This document shows positions 8,637 to 17,482 of a stretch of DNA of 54,386 bases, piece after piece. The stretch lies in the IMG/VR virus record IMGVR_UViG_3300018914_000003, positions 1-54,386 of that record. One strand, 5' to 3'. Position 1 is the stretch's first letter. The number at the start of each line of letters is the position of its first letter. Both the position numbers and the translations under genes were made by a program. The notes below the pieces were generated by a model that ran no database searches, was not told the origin of the DNA, and saw only the letters and a list, made by a program, of their open reading frames with translations. The DNA comes from a virus. Lineage: Duplodnaviria; Caudoviricetes.

Positions 8637-9039
8637 ACATCTTGCCTCAGCAGGGGCATTCGCATTTTTCCTTGCCATAGCTATGGGAAGCATGGATGAT
8701 AAAAAAGATAAAATTTCATCTTACCAAAGCTCAAACGATATACAAACGCCAGATGTCGATTCCCAAGAAACAGAAACAAAACAAGAAATAGAAATAAAAA
8801 CAGATCCTAAAAAGGATGCTATAATTGTCAAATTAAAAGAAAAAGCTAAAAAAGATTGGCCAAATGATTATTCTACACAAGAATATTGGATTAATGAACA
8901 AATCGAGGCATATGATTATATGAAAACTATAGAAGATAATCCAATAAAAAGACAGGCTCAAAGAGATTGGCCCTTAGAGTTTAGTACGCAAAAATATTGG
9001 TACGAAGAACAAATTGAAGCTAAAAATAGAATAAAATAA
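8620..9039 (+). CDS. Membrane-anchored/exported protein with two internal repeats
   Basis: N-terminal hydrophobic segment; AKKDWPNDYSTQEYWINEQIEA and AQRDWPLEFSTQKYWYEEQIEA. Confidence 0.8.
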   Translation: MKTNIKHLASAGAFAFFLAIAMGSMDDKKDKISSYQSSNDIQTPDVDSQETETKQEIEIKTDPKKDAIIVKLKEKAKKDWPNDYSTQEYWINEQIEAYDYMKTIEDNPIKRQAQRDWPLEFSTQKYWYEEQIEAKNRIK

Positions 9040-9054
9040 AAGAACAAATTTATT

Positions 9055-9483
9055 ATGAAAAAAATTATATTGTTATTTTTTGTTACAGCTTTTTACAGTC
9101 TTTCATTTTCTCAAGAATCTGAAGATAGATGGATTTATGTAGGTAGTTATATAACAGGTAAAATTTATGTGACAGATGTTAAACCTTCTGCTTCTTCGGA
9201 AAAATCTTTTGATTTTTGGACAAAAACAATCAATCCTCCTAAGAAAGTTAAGAATAAAAAAGGAGTTTGGGTTAACAAAGAAAATGGTCATGTGATATAC
9301 CGCGGGACTATGTATTGTGATTCAAAAAAATATCAACTACCTTCCTACAGGGAGTATAACTCTAAAGGAGAAGTAATTAGTTATGAAGAAGGATTAACTA
9401 AATATTATGACGTTTTCCCTGATAGTGCAGCAGAAGACGTTTTAGATTTTGTTTGCAAAGATAATAAAGAATTAAAGGACTAG
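9055..9483 (+). CDS. Secreted protein, surface-adhesin-E-like fold suspected
   Basis: Signal peptide; W..V...W.K...C..KK...Y...G...PDS.....L.FVC pattern. Confidence 0.6.
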   Translation: MKKIILLFFVTAFYSLSFSQESEDRWIYVGSYITGKIYVTDVKPSASSEKSFDFWTKTINPPKKVKNKKGVWVNKENGHVIYRGTMYCDSKKYQLPSYREYNSKGEVISYEEGLTKYYDVFPDSAAEDVLDFVCKDNKELKD

Positions 9484-9495
9484 AAAATATATAAC

Positions 9496-10773
9496 TTGAA
9501 CCTAAAATACACACTAAATTTTTACATTAGACAGAATCAAAACGATGAACCTTCGAAGATAAGAGCTCTTGTGTCTTATAATGGTTACCGTCCAGAAATT
9601 TACACTAATACTGATGTGAAGCCTTCAGAATGGGATAAAACCATTCAAAGGATAAAAAACCCTAAAGACCCGAGAAATAAAGACATAAACAAGGTAGAAG
9701 AAATTTTTGAGAATATTTTTAAAGAATTTGACGTTATTGAAAAAAGGTTCCCAACAGTGGATGAACTCAAAATTAAATTTGCAGAAAAGACCGGAAAAGG
9801 AGCAAAGATAAAAAACATAAAAGCTCTTACTTTTGTTGAATGCATTGATGAATATGCAAGTGAGCAGGGCGAAAAAGATTCCTGGACAATTGCAAATTAT
9901 AACAGATTTAATAAATTAAAAAATCATTTCAGTTTCTTTGACAGTAAGTTATTAATTAAAAATACTACTGAAAAATCGTTAATAGCACTCGTAAAATACT
10001 TCCAAACAAAGCCGGTTATCTTTAAGTCCGGAAAACCGGGTGAACCGCACAAAAATACTACTGTTTCGAGGACGTTAAAGGATGTAAGGACAGTATTAAA
10101 ATGGGCAAAAAGAAAAGGCTTTTACGAGGGAGACCTGCACGAAACATTTTACCCAAAATTTAAAGGTGTCAATTACGACATAAATTATCCTATATATTTG
10201 AGTTGGGAAAGATTGCTGCAATTTTACAACCACAAATTCTCAAAAAATCAAAAACATTTAGAAACCACACGAGATATTATTGCATTTTGCTGTTTTACTT
10301 CTCTTAGATATTCAGATGTTTTCAATTTGAAAAAACACCAATTAAGAAAGGGCTTTTTTTATGTTACCACAATCAAGACAACCGATTCGCTTAAGATAGA
10401 TATTAACGATTATTCGAGAGAAATAATAGAGAAATATAAAGACCTTCCCGGAGAAAAGGTTTTGCCGGTTAAAAGCATGAAAGAAGCGAACGAACAGATA
10501 AAGGAAATCGGAAGGATTCTTGAATTTGATGAACTTGTAAATTACACATATTTTATAGGAGAAAAAAGATATGATGAAGTAATGCCGTTCTGTGAAATTA
10601 TGACCACCCATATAGGCCGGAAAACATTCATTGTTAACAGTCTATATTTGGGAATACCGGCCGAAGTTATTATGAAATGGACGGGACATAAAGACTATCA
10701 AAGCATGAAGCCTTATATTGCGATTGTGGACGATTTGAAGAAATCAGAAATGAGTAAATTCAATAAAAAATAA
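9496..10773 (+). CDS. int: Tyrosine integrase
   Basis: Arm-binding N-terminus; LRYSD, HIGRKTF, TGH and C-terminal Tyr catalytic motifs. Confidence 0.95.
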   Translation: MNLKYTLNFYIRQNQNDEPSKIRALVSYNGYRPEIYTNTDVKPSEWDKTIQRIKNPKDPRNKDINKVEEIFENIFKEFDVIEKRFPTVDELKIKFAEKTGKGAKIKNIKALTFVECIDEYASEQGEKDSWTIANYNRFNKLKNHFSFFDSKLLIKNTTEKSLIALVKYFQTKPVIFKSGKPGEPHKNTTVSRTLKDVRTVLKWAKRKGFYEGDLHETFYPKFKGVNYDINYPIYLSWERLLQFYNHKFSKNQKHLETTRDIIAFCCFTSLRYSDVFNLKKHQLRKGFFYVTTIKTTDSLKIDINDYSREIIEKYKDLPGEKVLPVKSMKEANEQIKEIGRILEFDELVNYTYFIGEKRYDEVMPFCEIMTTHIGRKTFIVNSLYLGIPAEVIMKWTGHKDYQSMKPYIAIVDDLKKSEMSKFNKK

Positions 10774-10780
10774 AATAAAT

Positions 10781-10976
10781 TAACCACACTTTTAACCACA
10801 CTTTTTAAGTTCACTTGACTTCACTTAAATTCATAAATAGATCGTAAACCCTTATTAATAGGCAATTTGAGTTTTTATGAATTTGAATAATATATTCAAG
10901 ACGATCCCTGTGGGTCTACAAACCGCCTTATAAATAGGGCGTTTTTTTATTTTTATCCACAGTTTTACCCGCAGTT
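10781..10976 (+). other. attP-like site: arm-type repeats flanking a tRNA-3'-end-like core
   Basis: TAACCACACTTT x2 (10781-10804); core ATCCCTGTGGGTCTACA (10904-10920); TATCCACAGTTT and TACCCGCAGTT (10954-10976). Confidence 0.6.
10921..10948 (+). terminator. Intrinsic terminator after the att core
   Basis: CGCCTTA-taaa-TAGGGCG followed by T7. Confidence 0.75.
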
Positions 10977-11027
10977 CCATCCTACTTTTGATATTATTTT
11001 GACAAAAAAGCCTTCAATGTTCCAGGA

Positions 11028-11273
11028 TTGGAACCATGCACCGAATGGTCTTTAAGCGGCAAATACTGTAGATGGGTGAAAGGTAAGCTAAAAATAGACG
11101 CCGACATGTCTGTGCTAAAACATACATTTGCAAACGATATTACCACAATTTACGGATTAGAAGAAGCTCAAAAAGCTTTGGGTCATACTAACCAAAGAAC
11201 TACGGAAATATACGCCGTTGATTACAGAGAGGATTTACTTGAAAAACAAAAGCATTTAAAAACAGGTTTTTAG
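11028..11273 (+). pseudogene. C-terminal remnant of a second tyrosine recombinase
   Basis: LKHTF...AQKALGHTNQRTTEIYA; lacks N-terminal domains and the first catalytic Arg. Confidence 0.8.
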
Positions 11274-11305
11274 GAATATTTAAAAATTTGTCTTACATTT
11301 GCTGT

Positions 11306-11378
11306 AGAATTCTTGTGATTACGAATCATGAATTTAACTTATATTATATTGTCCAAGGCCCTAAATCGAGGGCTTTTT
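11306..11378 (+). ncRNA. Candidate small RNA 1
   Basis: TACATTTG -7 element (11294-11301), 5' hairpin, terminator GCCCT...AGGGC-T5; no convincing ORF. Confidence 0.45.
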
Positions 11379-11491
11379 GACATTTTATTCTTTTATATAT
11401 AGATAATTAATATTGATACCGTGTTTTTACGGTATTTTTTTCAGTGTTTTCACTGATATGTTTTTATTTTTTTTGAAACTAAATTTGTAAT

Positions 11492-11582
11492 AACAAAGAG
11501 TATTAAATTACACAAGTATTCATGAGGCTCATTAGTTAATTAAAATTGTATCTGAACCATCCCAATTTTGGGGTGGTTTTTT
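11492..11582 (+). ncRNA. Candidate small RNA 2
   Basis: TAAATTTG -7 element (11480-11487), terminator AACCATCCC...GGGGTGGTTTTTT; no convincing ORF. Confidence 0.45.
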
Positions 11583-11767
11583 GTTTTGATTATATTCTTC
11601 TAACAAATATTATAATATGACGATTTTAGAGTGATCTTTGTTAATAAATAGTAGATATTAAATTTGCATAATATATTGAAACATTATACTTTTGCAAACT
11701 TTTTTTGATATATCAATTATAAGTGTTAGATTTACCACAAGATATTTTAATATTTAATAAACAACTA

Positions 11768-12304
11768 ATGAATACAGAACACTTTTTACAAGCCTACATA
11801 CAGCCTGTTTTATACGTTCTAAACAAGGCTAATCAAGCTTTAGACACTCACAAAATCAGCAAGATTTTGTATTTTGCTGATAGAGAACATTTAGCCAAAT
11901 ACGGTACGTCAATTTCTAACGATTGCTATATTAAAATGGAATATGGACCTGTGCCATCTTCAATTTATGATATTATAAAAGCAGTGCATGGAAAGCCAGG
12001 GATAATTTCTAAATCAGAAGTAGACTCTTTTTTTGAAGTTTCAGAAGGAAATAAGATTGCTGCAAAATTAAATTTTGACCAGGATGAATTTTCTGTAACA
12101 GAAATGGAGTGTTTAGACGCATCAATAGAAGAACATTTATCTAAATCTTTCATATATCTTACTTATAAATCCCATGATGTTGCATGGAAATCTGCCATAG
12201 ATACAATGGACACAATAAAAATTGCAGAAGCCGGGGGCGCGGATGAAAATATGCTAAATTACATTAGGCATTTTAATGAAATCAATACATCAAGATTTGC
12301 ATAA
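11768..12304 (+). CDS. Panacea/SocA (DUF4065) antitoxin
   Basis: KILYFADREHLAKYG...Y..MEYGPVPS...SHD.AW; ATG at 11768, downstream of TACTTTTG (11687-11694). Confidence 0.88.
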   Translation: MNTEHFLQAYIQPVLYVLNKANQALDTHKISKILYFADREHLAKYGTSISNDCYIKMEYGPVPSSIYDIIKAVHGKPGIISKSEVDSFFEVSEGNKIAAKLNFDQDEFSVTEMECLDASIEEHLSKSFIYLTYKSHDVAWKSAIDTMDTIKIAEAGGADENMLNYIRHFNEINTSRFA

Positions 12305-12708
12305 TGGTTTCAGTTGGCGATGTATTGAAATTGTTTGTTGAAGACACATATCCTCCCAAAATAAAATATTTTTTTGTTTTGGGCTGCACAAAAGATCAAA
12401 TTTCTATTGCTTCTTTTTATGTTAATTCAATAGTAAATTTAAGCATCAATGATAATCCGGTATTAGTAAAATATAATATTGAAATAAAACCCGAAGATTT
12501 TCCTTTTCTCAAGCACGTATCTTATGTTGATTGTACCAAGATGGTTGTCAGAAATAAAGCGGAATTTGATGATATAGTTAAAAATCGTCCAGAAGCAATA
12601 GTTTATAAATTAACTGAAGACCAATTACAATTTTTCAGAGCAGTTATAAGAGAGTCCCCAACTTTTAAGGGAAAAATAATTAAAAATTTTGGATTTTATG
12701 ATAAATAA
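12304..12708 (+). CDS. Putative toxin, PemK/MazF-like SH3 fold suspected
   Basis: TAATG coupling to the antitoxin; VGDV...PPKIKYFFVLG...FPFLKHVSYVDC pattern. Confidence 0.55.
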   Translation: MVSVGDVLKLFVEDTYPPKIKYFFVLGCTKDQISIASFYVNSIVNLSINDNPVLVKYNIEIKPEDFPFLKHVSYVDCTKMVVRNKAEFDDIVKNRPEAIVYKLTEDQLQFFRAVIRESPTFKGKIIKNFGFYDK

Positions 12709-12709
12709 G

Positions 12710-12740
12710 AAATGACTCTAAATAATAGAGTTATTTCTTA
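12710..12740. terminator. Hairpin between the convergent TA and tail operons
   Basis: AAATGACTCTA-aataa-TAGAGTTATTT. Confidence 0.55.
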
Positions 12741-12777
12741 TTTGATAGAAAAAAGCCCCAACTCGTGGGACCCTAGA

Positions 12778-13275
12778 TTATACTTCCAAACATTTAATCT
12801 TTTCAGTTTTTGATTTAGAAATATCCAAAGTAACACTACCTGGAACATAAACGCCACCTACTCCACTGATGGCGGATGCTATTTTTTGAAGCTCCGCCAT
12901 CAACTGTTGATTATGTTTTACTAATTCTTTATTGAGTTCTTTATAAGATACAAAATTATCTTTGTTTCCTGCAATCTCAATTACACCGTCATTTTTTAAT
13001 TTTACGTCAACCATTACTTTCTCACCCCATTCGTCAAGCGAGTAAAATCGAGTTTCTCCTGGTTGTGATATTCTTTCCCGCTGCAAATACCCAATTATAA
13101 CAGCTTCACCGTCGGAATCGGTTTCGGCAAAAATAGCATCCATACCATCAACCGGATTAGAATCTAATCCAAACGGAGAGCATTCATCTGCTGTTTTTGT
13201 TCCGTATTGGGTAACAGTTATAATTCTAAACCCATTTTCAATATTGGTTTCTTCTACTACGCTATTGCTGATCAT
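12778..13275 (-). CDS. Baseplate spike/assembly protein (Mu gp45-like)
   Basis: PFGLDSNP...PGETRFYS motifs; follows the hub gene. Confidence 0.7.
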   Translation of the reverse strand: MISNSVVEETNIENGFRIITVTQYGTKTADECSPFGLDSNPVDGMDAIFAETDSDGEAVIIGYLQRERISQPGETRFYSLDEWGEKVMVDVKLKNDGVIEIAGNKDNFVSYKELNKELVKHNQQLMAELQKIASAISGVGGVYVPGSVTLDISKSKTEKIKCLEV

Positions 13276-14408
13276 AAGAAAATATTTTTTGGTTCTTGCC
13301 CAATAAAGGCTTCAATCAAAGTGGCATCTATACTCATTGATTGTCCTGAAGCTGATTGGCTTCTTGATATCGAATCAATCATTAATTTGGTTTTATTTCT
13401 CAAAAACAAAGATTGAGATTCAATCTCGATTATATCTCCAAAGCTTAAATTAAGCCATTCGTTTATTTCAATTGAAAAAGAAATATTACCTAATTCGTCA
13501 GATATATAATCTCTGACAGCAGCTTCGGTTGATAAATCCTCGCCCGCTGTCATTTTTTGAACAGCAGGCCTGAAAACTTCAATCATAGGATTATTAACGG
13601 TATCAAAAAATTGAGGTTTAGGCCTCTGTTTTACTTGTTTGGTTTTAATTGTTACAACAGGAGGTGTATTTGGAATAAGGTCACCATTTTCGTCATGCTC
13701 AAACTCTTTGTGTTTTTTGGTTTTTGTTTTTAAAACCGGTTTTTTCTTTGGCTTAGGTTGTCTGATCACGGTTAATTGATTATGCATATTTTGTCCGTTT
13801 ACTGACAGCCCCATAGATGTTGTATTTTCGTCTGTAAAAATATACTTGACTTCAGCTCCCACGTCAGGCCTAAACATCAACAAATCGCCTTTAACTGTGT
13901 GCGAAAGAATAATATTTCTTTGCGCTGCTAACTTAGCCAGATATTCTTTGATCGTTTCTTCAGGACCGCAAACCGATTTCGGATAAACTAAATTTACTTC
14001 TTTTTCAATTAAAGGATCAATTATCAGATTTAACCCAAAAGGTTCAATAACTCTTCTGGTAATTTCCGCAAGATTCATTTTTAAATTTTCTAACGGATAC
14101 ATGGAGTAAGGTATATTGCAATCTTCAATTACCCCGGGTAATGAGTAACCACTAATATTTATTAATTCTGAAGCAGATTTATTACCTATCTCATGATTTA
14201 GAATAGTACCGGTTAAAAGTAAATCTTCGTTATCTCCGAATATTTCAATTTTATTATATTTTAAAGGGCGAAAAATTTCCCTGTCTTCAGGATTGTTTAA
14301 ATCAAAAAAAGCTCCTATTGAAAAAGTAGAAGCAACCGAGTCTATACTGGAATCTATCGAAACAGAATCAAAATTTATATACGTTTGATTGTTAACCCGA
14401 ACCTTCAT
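13272..14408 (-). CDS. Baseplate hub (Mu gpP/gp44-like)
   Basis: SVSIDSSIDS..STFS, LLLTG, ISGYS...IEDC, GDLL motifs. Confidence 0.8.
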   Translation of the reverse strand: MKVRVNNQTYINFDSVSIDSSIDSVASTFSIGAFFDLNNPEDREIFRPLKYNKIEIFGDNEDLLLTGTILNHEIGNKSASELINISGYSLPGVIEDCNIPYSMYPLENLKMNLAEITRRVIEPFGLNLIIDPLIEKEVNLVYPKSVCGPEETIKEYLAKLAAQRNIILSHTVKGDLLMFRPDVGAEVKYIFTDENTTSMGLSVNGQNMHNQLTVIRQPKPKKKPVLKTKTKKHKEFEHDENGDLIPNTPPVVTIKTKQVKQRPKPQFFDTVNNPMIEVFRPAVQKMTAGEDLSTEAAVRDYISDELGNISFSIEINEWLNLSFGDIIEIESQSLFLRNKTKLMIDSISRSQSASGQSMSIDATLIEAFIGQEPKNIFL

Positions 14409-15637
14409 ATAAAGTATTTTATTTTAAACCCTTTTTTCACAATAAACAATCTATCATTTTTGATTTCATTGATAGACCTGAACAATTCCAGTTTTTCGTC
14501 ATTGTCATCTAAACCCATGTATTTATGGCACAATAAAATTAAATTTGAATCATTTTTTAACTCGATTATTCTTTCCTGCTTGTAGTTAAACGAAATCGAA
14601 AACATTTCAAAAATAGTTTTTTTAACTATCGAATTTAATTCTGACTGAATACTGAAACTGATACCATAATTGTTGTTTTTATTGTCTCTTAAAAATTCAA
14701 AAACATTTAAAATTTCAAAATAATTTTTATAGGTATTATCTATTATTGAAGATACTTTTTTGACATCATTTCTTGAATTATAATCATTTTTCCCGGGATT
14801 CAAACCAATTGTTGCCATTGTTGATATGATGGAAGCTCCGGCAGATTCAAAGTAAAACCTATTAAAATCAGTTATTTGCTTAAATGTAAACTCTGAAATT
14901 AACTGGTTAAACAGATTGCTCAAAGAAGTTATTTTTTGAAAAACATTAACATTAGGTATGTTTTTAATTGCATCTATGGTCCTGCTAACGTCTAAAATCA
15001 GACTTCTTGAATCGATAATCATTCCATCAACCGAATCTCTTGCTTTTGATAAAACCTCCTGGTATTTATTATACCCGGAATCATCAAGGAGTTTTTTATA
15101 TTCACCATCTAAAGTATTGATAAATTCTCTAACTTTATTTTGATTGATTGGTTTTGTATTGGTTTTTAATTCAAAATTATTTGCGGATTCGTTGTCTAAA
15201 TTTTCTTTTTTCAGATCAATTTCATCTTTTATAGTCTGAACTTTTTCAGCATCTTTGGTAATAATGGATTCCCAAAACTCAATTGACACTTCTACCACAT
15301 TCATATTAGTGTCAGATCTCTCGAGTGAAGTAGGCTGACCTTTTAAAACACCATATATTGGATGCTGAATAACCCAATATCTGTTATCTTTAGCAGAATT
15401 TTCAAAGTCATCCACTACAGTATTACAGTTTTCTCCTTGAAAAAAAATTAATAAATCGTATTTTGACGATTTTGGTTTTCTTCGATCAACATATGTACCT
15501 GATCTGTTTATGAATTCAAAGGAAGTAGCATTAAACTCCGTTGATTTATTGGCCTCTTTCCATAAAGGATAAAAAACCTTACCATCACCGGTAGTAATAG
15601 AAAATTTACTGTTTTCAAAAATTTCTTTCCAACTCAT
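14405..15637 (-). CDS. Mu gpN-like DNA circularisation/tail protein
   Basis: MSW start, HPIYG motif, LysM-like C-terminus; upstream of the hub. Confidence 0.7.
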   Translation of the reverse strand: MSWKEIFENSKFSITTGDGKVFYPLWKEANKSTEFNATSFEFINRSGTYVDRRKPKSSKYDLLIFFQGENCNTVVDDFENSAKDNRYWVIQHPIYGVLKGQPTSLERSDTNMNVVEVSIEFWESIITKDAEKVQTIKDEIDLKKENLDNESANNFELKTNTKPINQNKVREFINTLDGEYKKLLDDSGYNKYQEVLSKARDSVDGMIIDSRSLILDVSRTIDAIKNIPNVNVFQKITSLSNLFNQLISEFTFKQITDFNRFYFESAGASIISTMATIGLNPGKNDYNSRNDVKKVSSIIDNTYKNYFEILNVFEFLRDNKNNNYGISFSIQSELNSIVKKTIFEMFSISFNYKQERIIELKNDSNLILLCHKYMGLDDNDEKLELFRSINEIKNDRLFIVKKGFKIKYFI

Positions 15638-16290
15638 CTCATGCGACTTATTAAAAAATTAGCATTTCGTATAAAAATTTCATTCATTTTTAAACCTTCT
15701 ATTTCAGCAGAATGTTTAATAAATCCTTTTCTTCTTATCTGAACCTTTCTATTTCTCATAAAGCTATACAAAGGCTTTAGCTTTTGATTTATTCTTCCGT
15801 TTTTTGTCTGAAATAAAGTACCTTTTCCGTTTTTCTGAATTAAAATATGGCCAGTTCCCGTACCTCTACTTCTTCCCGAGGGTAGGGTTATTTTTTGCAA
15901 ATAATTTGCTGATCTAACCTTTTTATCGTTAGCTCCTGAAATCCTTGCGGTATCCATCGGAATTAAACCTCTATCTGCTACACCTCCAATTTCTTGTTTT
16001 GCTAAACCTTCCGCTGTCTTTTCGTTATTGTTAAAAATACCTACTTCTGCTTGCATCGAATCAATACTCCCAGTCACTGATTTGTTGACAAAAATAAACG
16101 CTCTAAACAAACTTCTATTTCTTATTTTAAAGGTTTGTTGAGCTACTTCAGGCACTCGTCTCTTAGTGTTAAAGGCAACGTCATTTAAAGTGTTTCTCAC
16201 AGCTTTAGGCAATAATGTTTCTCGTATTGTGTTTAGACGATTTGAGTATCTTGTAAGCTCTATACTGTTGACGTTGATATGTAAACTCAT
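15634..16290 (-). CDS. Tail completion/neck protein (gpZ-like, basic)
   Basis: PKAVRNTLNDVAF helix; Arg/Lys rich. Confidence 0.55.
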   Translation of the reverse strand: MSLHINVNSIELTRYSNRLNTIRETLLPKAVRNTLNDVAFNTKRRVPEVAQQTFKIRNRSLFRAFIFVNKSVTGSIDSMQAEVGIFNNNEKTAEGLAKQEIGGVADRGLIPMDTARISGANDKKVRSANYLQKITLPSGRSRGTGTGHILIQKNGKGTLFQTKNGRINQKLKPLYSFMRNRKVQIRRKGFIKHSAEIEGLKMNEIFIRNANFLISRMR

Positions 16291-17468
16291 AACTGTATTC
16301 GTTTTGCAGAGTGACCATCAGTGTAGTAATAATCAAAACCAGCTTTAAAAATCTGGCCTATCAAAGCTCCGTAAGTTTCTTTGACTACGGTTGTACCATT
16401 GTTTTTAAAATTAGTTAACAAACCACTTGCTAAAGAAAAAATAAAATCATTTTTATTCACACAGTTGGAATTTTTAATAAAAGTGGCTGATATATTAAAA
16501 TCAACCAAATGCTTTAATTTATTGGTTATTTTATCATATTCATACTTTGATATCAAATGATCGGTAGCGCTGTTGCCTCCTTGATTTGTAAATAAAATAT
16601 TGATACCATCCGGATACATATTAATTTTCAGATCTGAAGTAGGACTGTTTGAAGATAGCTGAAGGCCTTGATAAGTTACCAGTTGAGGGTCGGTAAAATT
16701 ACCTTCTTCGAAACTATAAATTTCAAATTTATTATTACCTGGTCTGAAAACCAAGCAAATAAACCTATTATCTATTTGAGTAACATCTCTTAACTCTAAA
16801 TTGACATCATTAACGTACTGCACCAAAACATCCTGAATATTGAAGAACTCAAGATTCATATTCGATAAAATTTTGTTTGCGTAATACCAAATTTTAGAAA
16901 CTGATCTATTTTGAGATATTGGATTACCGAAAACTTGAAAAGAGTCAATATTTGCTTTTGCAACAGATAACGGATTTAAGCTGTAAATCCTTGAAGCATT
17001 GCCTTCGAATATAAAAATACAATCATCGCCACCTAAAACAGGAGTCATAGCTATTGTATTGAATATTAAACCATTTTCATCATTTAATTTGTAGATTTTA
17101 TTTTGATCTAAAAAATCCGTTAATTTAACGTTAAAAACAGTACTGCCCGGTACTTTCGTTAAATCTACAGGTAGTAATAAATCGTCTAAATTTATTTTTT
17201 GTAAAGTTCTAACAACATCTATAATTTCGTTAAAAACTAATTTTAAAGCCTTTAAAATTTGATAACCAGTCGTGTCGCTGTCTTCAATATTGTTAATTGT
17301 AATACCTCTATCCTTTAATAAAGCATACATGTTAACTAACATATCATTATAAACACCTCTAACAACAGGCGTACCTATTACTGTGTCTGTCTCATCGAGT
17401 ATAGCTCCTTGAGGCCATTTTGCATAATTTTGATCGTGAACAACATTTTGACTTTTTAGACTTTTCAT
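16287..17468 (-). CDS. Tail fibre/receptor-binding protein 2
   Basis: N-terminus paralogous to 17483..18448; beta-rich C-terminus. Confidence 0.6.
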   Translation of the reverse strand: MKSLKSQNVVHDQNYAKWPQGAILDETDTVIGTPVVRGVYNDMLVNMYALLKDRGITINNIEDSDTTGYQILKALKLVFNEIIDVVRTLQKINLDDLLLPVDLTKVPGSTVFNVKLTDFLDQNKIYKLNDENGLIFNTIAMTPVLGGDDCIFIFEGNASRIYSLNPLSVAKANIDSFQVFGNPISQNRSVSKIWYYANKILSNMNLEFFNIQDVLVQYVNDVNLELRDVTQIDNRFICLVFRPGNNKFEIYSFEEGNFTDPQLVTYQGLQLSSNSPTSDLKINMYPDGINILFTNQGGNSATDHLISKYEYDKITNKLKHLVDFNISATFIKNSNCVNKNDFIFSLASGLLTNFKNNGTTVVKETYGALIGQIFKAGFDYYYTDGHSAKRIQL

Positions 17469-17482
17469 ATTTTTGATGTTTT

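Noticed and set aside
10850-10921. Complete tRNA gene
   Set aside because: Only a 3'-end-like 17-mer; no D-arm, anticodon arm or 5' acceptor strand upstream
10953-10961. Perfect DnaA box TTATCCACA
   Set aside because: Single copy that also fits the arm-type repeat consensus around att; no oriC context
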